This document shows, one piece after another, positions 48,546 through 57,281 of a stretch of DNA of 57,281 bases (position 1 is the first letter of the stretch; each line of letters opens with the position of its first letter). Position numbers and translations under genes: made by a program. This DNA comes from Chiloscyllium plagiosum (lineage: Eukaryota), in the NCBI RefSeq assembly GCF_004010195.1, contig NC_057754.1, forward strand, positions 9,445,524-9,502,804, read 5' to 3'. Below the pieces are notes generated by a model that saw only the letters and a program-made list of their open reading frames with translations, made no database searches and had not been told where the DNA came from.

Positions 48546-49980
48546 TCAAGCTGTGCGTAGATAATCAGTAGGCAAACACCGAGTGTCACTATTTACTGAG
48601 GTTTACCTGTCCTCAGTGTTGCAAAGGATAAGTCTGGCTTCATTGCCACAGGAAGCTCCAAGTACTTGGACTGTCCTGTATCACTTGTCCCTTGTGGAGA
48701 CATTTGTGAAGAAAAACACCTTTGACCACAAGTCCATCAGACAATGGTCAGCACGTAAGATCCTCAAGACCCAGTGGCAAAAGGAGAGAGTTGATCTTGT
48801 TGGGCAGTTTCCTGAGCAGACTGTCAAGGTCATAGATGTCAAGGTCAAGGTCATGGAAACAGATTCTTCAGTCCAACTTATCCATATCGATCAGTTATCC
48901 CAAATTAATCAAGTCCCATTTGGCCCATATTCCTCTAAACTCTTCATTTTCATATATCCATCCACATGCCTTTTAAATGTTGTATTTGTACCAGCCTCTA
49001 CCACTTCCTCTGGCAGCTCATTCCATACACGCACCATCCTCTGTGTGAAAATCTATAAGGTCACCTCTTAGTCTCCGACGCTCCAGGGAAAACAGTCCCA
49101 GCCTATTCAGCCTCTCCATGTAGCTCAAAATTTCCAATCCTGGCAACATCCTTGTAAATCTTTTCTGAAACTTTTCAAGATTCATAACATCCTTCCTATA
49201 GCAGGGAGACCAGAACTGAATGCAGTATTCCAAATGTCATTTGGCAGAATGCCTCATTGCCTGGTCCAACAAACCCCAAGACAATGTTTGGCTGGTGATG
49301 AGAAGGGTGCAGTTGACCTATGAGATCCTTGATGTATACCCAGACTATCTGCATCACTGCAGGCTGCCATTGAAGTGGCTAGTGGAGCTGGTGGGGGAGA
49401 TGTTGGAATTGTCACACAATTCCTGCTGGAATGTGCCTTTGCAAAGGAAGTCTGGAGAGAGAGAATGCAGCTCTGTGACGCCGGACTCTGTGCTCTACGG
49501 TCTGTTGCCTGGGATGCACACCAAGACAAACATCAACAGTGCCTGAAAGACCATCAACTCGATGAAAACACTCTTTGGTCTGCCCAAAACTTGTTGTTCA
49601 TCTGGGTAAAATGGTTGACCCTGACCAAGTGTTGTCGACTGGCTGCAGGATTACATGCTGAGAGACACGTTATAGCTTGGGGCAGCTGCCCCCAAAACGC
49701 AGTGGCAAAAAAACACTGTCTAAGGACTTTCAGCCAAGTACAACAGCGATCTATTCATTTTTCAGACCCACCCAATGCCTCAGATGCATGTAATTAGGTC
49801 CTAGTACATAGCATAATTAAGAAATGCATTTAGCTTAGTTGTAGCTATCGATAAAATCAAACCCCAATGTTTGTTTCCTTCTCTGTACACAAAAACTGTA
49901 TAGATCTGAACGGCTTTAGCAATTGTGCATGCACATAAAGATTTCCTTTTTATGAACAAAATATATTTTGCAAAGAAAGA
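48546..49980 (+). mobile_element. Tx1-like L1-clade LINE 3' fragment with a CR1 nested on the minus strand (~48833-49236)
   Basis: VKKNTFDHKSIRQWSARK..FPEQTVKVI|WQNAS; degenerate CCHC domain (..VTQFLLECAFAKEVWRE); A-rich end; gtcat duplicated around the CR1. Confidence 0.85.
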
Positions 49981-50537
49981 TTCTCAACAGTTCTAATCCA
50001 ATTTACATTTAACTTTATAACTGGGACATGAGCAAGGCTAAAGAGGCCACCATTCACTGCTGTGCTGCTGTGACCATTCTCCCAGTGCTGTTCAGTGAGG
50101 GGTGACAGGGCTCTCAGGCAGCAGCTTATAAAGAAACAGAGATATGCATCCACAAGAGGACAGTGTGCACCTTGGAAGGGAGTTTATAGATGTTGGCTCC
50201 TCATACACACTGGTCTTGCCATTCTTGGAAGGAGGATTTGTTGTTATTCCTGTGCTGTAAAGGGAGGAAACTGTGTCTTTAAATATCCCACTGGCTCTCA
50301 CGGTCGCTCCTCCCATTGAACGTAAAGTCTTGTGCAGGCTCAGGATCCCCTTCCCTGAAGGACACTCATGAACCCATTGAGTTTTTTGACAATACAGTAA
50401 TTTATCATTGTCACTATTTCTGAGTGTCTTTCACACAAATTACTGGATTCAATGAACTCCACTTCACAATTTCCTTTGGTGTCTTACACAGTTCTCTTTC
50501 TCATACTCACGGTTTCTGGTGTAAATTTGTTTTGCAG

Positions 50538-51490
50538 AGAATCACAGAGGCGCATTATCAGCAAGAATTCCAAACAAACATCCCGTCAAGATCTGAGAGT
50601 GAGTCAATTCCTCAGGACTTGAAAACCATTGGATTTTCAAAGTTTGCCTGTGGGAAAAGAATTCAAACATCAGTGTGACAGGAAACGCAACAAGGCACAT
50701 CCACCCAAGCATGTGTTCCAGTGAACTGAGAGTGGAGAAAGCTCGAGCCAGTTACACAGTCTAAGTGAGTGTGTTCCAGTGAACTGATTGTGGACAGGTC
50801 TTGAACCAGTCACACAGCCTGAATGACATTACACTGTTTACAATGGGGAGAAACTGTACCCCTGTCCTGTGTATTGGCGAGAAGCCAACTGATCATCCAA
50901 CATGGTAAGACACAAGGACACCTGCACCACTGAGAAACTATGGAAGTGCATGGACTGTGGGAAGGGATTCAAATACTCTTCCCTGCTGGAAACTCATCGA
51001 CACAAATCACACCAGGGAGAGGCCATTCATCTGCTCTGAGTGTGGTAAGGGATTCAGTGAGCCATCCAACCTACTGACACGTCAGTGAATTCCCGCTGGG
51101 GTGAGGCTGTTCACCTGTCCTGAGTGTTGGAAGGGATTCACTATGAAACCCCACCTGCTGACACCAGCACGTTCGTACTGGGGAGAAGCCATTCCTCTGC
51201 TCTGAGCGTGGCCAGACATTCTTCAGTTGTCCAAGCTCAGAGCATATTAAATGGTTTACATTGATGAGAGACCTTTCTAATGTTTGGATTGTGAAAAAAG
51301 CTTTAAAAGCAGATGTGATGTGCTGATACGCCAATGCATTCACACTGGGGAGAGGCCATTCCCCTGCTCTGTATGTGGGAAATGACTTGTTCATTCAAAA
51401 CGCCTTGACACACCAACAAATACACACTTCTGAGAAGTTGTTACCTGCTCCCTCTGTGGGAAGGGATTTATTCAGTCATCCCATTGCTGC
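50538..51490 (+). pseudogene. C2H2 zinc-finger pseudogene (large exon, ~6-7 fingers)
   Basis: Acceptor ttgttttgcag ending 50537; [72 protein letters not shown]; stops and frameshifts; expected ATG before EK reads ACT. Confidence 0.93.
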
Positions 51491-52919
51491 TGGTTTTGTT
51501 CTTAATGGAACGTTTCCTTACATTACCTCTGCATCTCTTTCCCAAATCCTTTCCTGTCGCTCCCCTCATCTTTGGACCATCACAGAATAGAAACAATGTC
51601 TTGTTTTCTCTACCTCACCTAAACCTGTCAAAAATGTCTTTCACCTGAAGTATGGTGACCGGAGCTGGACTCTAGTTCTTGCCTAAACAGAGATTTTTAA
51701 AAGGTCAGCATCTTTTCCCTAATTTTCTCCTCGGTATCTCGATTTATGAAGTTCAAGATTCCGTATGTTTTGCTCACTGCTCTCTTAATGTGCCCTGATA
51801 TCTGTGTAGTGTCCCTACCTTTTAGGCAGAAGATCTGGTTATAAGTCCCACCTGCTATGGAGCTGTGTTAGAGCAGTTTGATTTTTTTTCTTCTTATTTC
51901 TTAATTGACAATTGAACCATGTCCATTGGCTGGGGGTTGAGGAGAGGAATCTGTATAATCTCCGCTCATTTGTAAATTGCATCATTCTTTTGTAGAATTC
52001 TCAAACTCATTAAAAGTAAACTTGCTGACTTGTTCATTACAGTCCCATTTGCATGTTGATCTGTGTGAAAATCCTGTGTTTCCTTGTGGAATAAATTTGT
52101 GCCAAATCGTTGCAGAAGCCTGTGTCCCATTGTTTAACTGACCCTGTGATGTGGCTGCTGCCAGTTTGAAACTGCAGTTTTGTCTCTGTGTGGATTTTAC
52201 GTCTGGGACCAATGTGTAAAGTGAGAAGGTGAGGCAGGAGAGGGAAAGATTAAACTATTGAGCTGCTGCTTTCTCTCCTCCATCTCCCTCTAATCTCATG
52301 AAGGTGCCCCTTGAATTGCTCCATACCTGGCAAAGGTGTGCTCCAGGCAGAGAGTGCTGGGAGCTGACTGGATGAGCTGGGATTTGGGCAGAGAGGAGTG
52401 TTTTTGAGGGACAAACCTGAAGGGTATTTAAAGTAGGCCCTGCTAGCCATAGTTCCTTTTGCCATGTGGACGGAGCAGGAGGTGAACATTGGAGGGTTTC
52501 TCTCTATCCATATATGTGAGAGAAACACTGAGTATTATTGGAGTCTCAAAGCCAGTTATGATCCTTTAATCTCCCCCTACTCTCCCCTGAACCAGCCAAG
52601 CTGAAGCAGACTCCACGAGCATGGTCTATCTCTCACGGGAGAGAGGGAGTGTAAGAAACCATCGAGGGAGCTGGGAGCCACTGGAATGATGAGTATCCTC
52701 TCCTCAGTTTCTGCATGTCTTCCTTTAACTCCTGTCTGTCTCTCTGACTTTGTTCCCCTTTTCTCGCGCTCTCCCTCTTCACCTCTCTCCTTACCTCTTT
52801 TATTCCCTCTTTCTTATGTTGTCTCTTTCTCTGTTTCTTTCTCATTCTTTTGTATTTCTAACTCTTACCTCTTCTTTCTGCCTTTGTCTCTATTCTTTCC
52901 CACTCTGGTTACCTCCTGC

Positions 52920-54619
52920 CGAAATTAAACTGCAGCTATCTATTTTCCTGCTCCTAGTTTAACATTCAACCATTTTCTACTGAGTTAGAGGCTGTCTCCC
53001 TACATATCCCTTGTCTCTCTTGCATTCCCTCACTATGTTTTGCAGCCCCTCCACAAATCAGGTACCCCCAAAATTATGCAGTCCAATTTTGCTCCCCCGC
53101 TCCAAAGTGTTGACATCCCCGAATGTTGATCCCACCTCAGATTTGGCAATCACCACCCTCCCCCCTTCCAAATTTTTGACCTCCCCCAAGTATTGTCCCG
53201 TGTTTGTGCCTGTTCCCACTTTACGGCCACTCCATGTTTTATGCCACCAATCCCTCCATTGCATACCCCTCCCATTTTTGCCCTCTGCTAATTAAAACTC
53301 CTCCAAATGTTATGCCTTTCAGGTTTTCCCACAATTTTTAAACAACCTCAAACCCTTTGGTTAGATTTCAATCTCTAACTCAGTCCAGTGTATCTGTTAT
53401 TCTATACTTAAAAATACCCCAAATATGGGATTCCAATGGGATTCCAATTTGTAACTCACTCCCATGTATTTGTGACTCTGCACATAAACTACCTCAACCC
53501 CTTGATTAGATTCCAGCCTGTAACTCTTGGGTATATATTACTCTCTATGTAAGCCACCCAAATCCCTCAATTAGATTCCAATTTGTGACTCAGTCCCACG
53601 TACCTGTTATTTTGTATAAAAACCATTTGAACCCTTATGTAAAAACCATCCCAAATTGATTAGATGATCATCTTAATTCACTCATGTGATTCTGTAATTC
53701 TGTATATAAAGCAATCAAACCCCTTGATTAGATTCTAATTTGTAATCACTTCTGTGCATTTGTTATTCAAAACATAAACCATTCTTAAGCCCCTTGATAA
53801 GTTTCCAATCTGTATTCACTCACGTGTACCTGTGACTCTGTACATATGCCACCCTGAACCCTCAATTAGATTCTAGTGTATCTCATGTGTATCTGGTAAT
53901 CTATATGCAACTCACCCCTGATTCCCTCAGATTCCAGTCTCTAACTCACTCCAGGGTATCTGTTATTCTATATAAAAGCAATCCCCTGGATTAGATTCTA
54001 GTCTGTAACTCACTCCCAGGTATTTGTGACTCTGGACATAAACCATCTCAAATCCATTCCATGTTGTAACTCACTCTTGCATATCTGTTATTCTGTACGT
54101 AAACCACACCAATCTGTTCGAATTGGATTCCAGTCTGTAACTCACTCCCTAGTATCAGTTACTCTGTATATAAATTACCCCAAATCCCTTGATTAGATTT
54201 CAGACTGTAACTCATTCACTGGTATGTGTTATGTTCCATACAAAACCCCTGATTCCCATGATTAGATTCTGGTTTGTAACTCATTCCCCATTGTGTTATT
54301 CTATAAACAAACTCACTGAGCCCTGGGGTACAAAACCTGGGATGTGTGCAAAATTTTTGGGGGACTCAAAATTATGGGTGGTGTATAATTGAGGGTGGGT
54401 GAAGACATGGGTGCAAAATGAGGCAGTGTATAACTGGGGGGGGCGAGCAAAATTGGACTGCATAATTTTGGGGGTACCTGATTGGTGGAGAGGCTGCAAA
54501 ACATGGTGGGGGAATGCAAGAGAGACAAGGGATATGTAGGGAGACAGCCTCTAACTCAGTAGAAATTGGTTGAATGTTAAACTAGGAGCAGGAAAATAGA
54601 AAGCTGCAGTTTAATTTCG
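52920..54619. mobile_element. Foldback-like element: ~180-bp inverted repeats enclosing a minisatellite
   Basis: 52920-53098 is the near-identical reverse complement of 54440-54619. Confidence 0.75.
53340..54315 (+). repeat. ~68-bp degenerate tandem repeat, ~14 units
   Basis: Approximate consensus cccttgattagattccagtctgtaactcactcc..gtatctgttattctatataaaccacc; anchors at 53361, 53506, 53571, 53660, 53728, 53798, 53866 ... 54262. Confidence 0.95.
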
Positions 54620-54959
54620 ACTACATTAGAATCCCTACAGTATGGAACCAGGCCCTTCGGCCCAACAAGTCCACACCGACCCCTCCAAAGAGTGACCCAT
54701 TCCCCTCCCCTATTATCCTACATTTACCCCTGATCAATGCACCTAACCTACCCATCCCTGAACACTATGGGTAATTTAACATGGCCAATTCACCTAAACC
54801 TGCACATCTTTGGATTGTGGGAGGAATCCAGAGTACCTGGAGGAAACCTATGAGGAGAATGTACAAACTCCACACAGACAGTTGCCCAAGGACGGAATTG
54901 AACCCAGGTCCCTGGCGCTGTGAGACAGCAGTGCTAGCCACTGAGCCACCATGCCACCC
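54620..54959 (-). mobile_element. HE1 V-SINE
   Basis: Full-length on the minus strand. Confidence 0.93.
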
Positions 54960-55099
54960 CAAAAACAAATTAGTTTTTGGGGGTGCAACAGTTCATTATG
55001 GTAGCTCACTACAACCTTCTCAAGGGCTGATAGGAGTGGGGATAAAGCTGGCCCAGCCAATGATGCTCTTATCCCATGAACAAATGAAAAACAAACAAT

Positions 55100-55677
55100 C
55101 CTTTTTGTGGCTGTACAGGACATTAGTTAGGCCACTTTTGGAATATTTGTGCAATTCTAGTCTCCCTCCTATAAGGAGGATGTTGTGAAGGGGGAAAGGG
55201 TTTAAAAACGATTTACAAGGATGTTACCAGGGTTGGAGCATTTCAGCTATAGGGAGACGTTGAATACGCTGGGCTGCTTTCCTTGGAGAGTTGGAGGCAA
55301 AGGGGTGGCCCTATAGAGGTTTATAAAATAATGAGGGGCATGGATAGAATAAATAGACAAGGTCTTTTCCTGGGTTGGAGGAGTCCAGAACTAGAGGGCA
55401 TAGGTTTGGGGCGAGAGGGAAAAGATTTAAAAGGGACTTAAGAGACAACTTTTTCATGCAAAGGGTGGTGCGTGTATGGAATGGGTTGCCAGAGGTAGTA
55501 GTGGAGGCTGGTACAATTATCACATTTAAAAGGCATCTGGATGGGTATATGAATAGGAAGGGTTTAGAAGAATATGGGCTAAGAGCTGGCAAATGGGACT
55601 AGATTGGGTTGGGATATCTGGTCAGCATGGACGAGTTGGACCAAAGGGTCTGGTTGTATATCTCTGTGACTATGACT
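55100..55677 (+). mobile_element. CR1 3' fragment
   Basis: LYRTLVRPLLEY; SRTRGHRF..RDNFFMQRVVRVWNGLP. Confidence 0.93.
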
Positions 55678-56246
55678 TGCTGCCCCTGCAGACTAACTCA
55701 ATGTGATTTATATTCCAGAACACCCAGATTCCTCTGTACCTCAGAGTCCTGCAACATCTCCCTCTTAAATCACAGGCTCTTTATCAAGTCTTCCTGATAA
55801 ACATCACAATTTCCATTTAATGCTGCATTGGACCATGTTTTACCCAATGACTAATCATCTCTACATCACTCAATTTGAATACCTCTTCCACCCTCTTCAT
55901 GATTTATCTTTCAAAGTATTTTCAGCAAGAAAACTTTCAATTTTTAAATCGAAGACTGTCCTGCCTGTTGGAAATCCAAATATCTGTCTGTTGCCCTCTG
56001 TCCCTTGGTCAGTGTGTGTGTCTGTCTTCTGTTTCTCTCTCCTCTCCTGGATTATCTGTAATCCATCTGTTGGCCTTTTTGAGCTGGTTCATGATGAGCA
56101 TGTCCGCTCTACAATCACAACAAGACTAACCCAATTTCCTCGTCCCATCCCCTGGTAATAACTAGCAACCCATCAGTTGTCTTCCTTACATTTGGTGACA
56201 TCATCATGTTAGCTTTCTGGGACTTGTGCACAAGGATCTAGACAAT

Positions 56247-57281
56247 AATATCTCTAACATAAGTCACTTCCTTGTGAAGGGCTTTCCCTTTCCTGTCTCC
56301 TCCATCCTCACCTTCAACAAGACTGAGGAGATTTGACCTCTTAGAAGGTGTGACAAGGAGGGTTGAGAAAGCAGCCCTAGGTAGACCACACTTGGAATAT
56401 TGCGTTCAGTTCTGTATGTCTCATTATAGGTAGGATGCTGAAGCTTTAGAGAGTATGTAAAAGAAATTTACCAGGACGCTGCCTAGACCGGAGGGCATGT
56501 CTTTTGAAGACTGGTTGAGGGAGCTAGGGCTTTTCTCATTGGAGCAAAGAAGGATAAGAGGTGACTGGATAGAGGTGTACAAGATGATGAGAGGTATAGA
56601 TACAGCGGATAGCCAGAGACTGTTTACCAGGCTGGAAATGGCTGTCACAAGGGGGCATCATTTTAAGGTGATTGGAGGAAGGTTTAAGGGAGATGTCAGA
56701 GGTGGGGTATTTACTCAGAGACTGGTGGGTACATGGAATGCGCTGCCAGCAATGATAGTCGAGTCAGATACATTAGGAATATTTAAATGACTCTTTGATA
56801 GGCACATGAAGGATAGAAAAATGAAGGGATTGTAGATAAGTCTGATCTTGGAGTCAGATAAAAGATTGGCACAACATTGAGAGCAAAAGGGCATGTTCTG
56901 TGTTATACTAATCTATGTTCTATGTTATCTATTTGGATTTCCAACCAGCATTCAGTAAGCTGCAAGGTAAAAGGTTTCTATGCAAAGTAAGAGCTCACCA
57001 CGTTGGCGGTTAATATGGCAGAGGTTTCGCTCACTAACAGCAGCCCAATCATTGGGATAAATGATTAGTTTTCAGGTTGGCAAACATTAATTCATGGAGT
57101 ATGACAGATCAGTGCTTGTTCTTCAACTATTTGCAATCCCTACTACTGACTTGGATTTAATGTATTGTACCTGAACTTGCTGAACAAGATGTGAGGAGGT
57201 GAGACTGAAACTGCAAAGCAAGGAAGTACTGGGAAAAACAAAAATGACAGATCGAGCCTAATTGTGGATGTCCACTCTGAC
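56247..57281 (+). repeat. Paralog of 9147-9620 (ZNF 3' flank) with a CR1 3' fragment inserted at ~56381-56925
   Basis: aatatctct.acataagt..ttccttgtgaagg, ctcctccatcctcacc, tatttggatttccaacca and ggtaaaaggtttct.tgcaaagta.gagctcac are shared. Confidence 0.88.

Noticed and set aside
52633..52962. Lys/Arg/Glu-rich and Ser/Leu/Phe-rich ORFs
   Set aside because: Translation of CT-rich low-complexity sequence
53340..54315. Regularly spaced repeats resembling a CRISPR array
   Set aside because: Whole units are homologous with no unique spacers, there are no cas genes, and the context is vertebrate; it is a minisatellite

Overview
This is eukaryotic, repeat-dense DNA. HE1 V-SINEs, CR1 LINEs and shark-type C2H2 zinc-finger (ZNF) remnants point to an elasmobranch (shark) genome; this is an inference. 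I found no intact protein-coding gene, and nearly all listed ORFs are transposon fragments or spurious. The window reads as a decayed tandem ZNF gene cluster built by segmental duplication. There are at least 6 ZNF pseudogene remnants on both strands. There is a direct duplication (~22.7-28.6 kb vs ~38.1-44.6 kb), an inverted duplication (~35.2-38.5 kb vs ~45.9-48.5 kb) and a duplicated ZNF 3' flank (9.1 kb vs 56.2 kb). One CpG-island promoter appears intact (26.3-27.3 kb), while its paralog is split by a palindromic Penelope-type insertion. Each directly duplicated unit carries a tRNA-Phe pseudogene. Mobile content: a degenerate Gmr1-like (PR-INT-RT-RH) Ty3/gypsy provirus with a SCAN-like gag, a solo LTR, many CR1 LINEs (one next to tandem 5' monomers), Rex1/Babar, Tx1-like L1, Penelope-like elements with hammerhead ribozyme cores, Tigger-like MITEs, SINEs, and a foldback-like element enclosing a ~68-bp satellite. 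All alignments and family names are by eye or from memory, and coordinates of degenerate elements are approximate. I do not see a demonstrably new biological system; the best leads are listed under findings.
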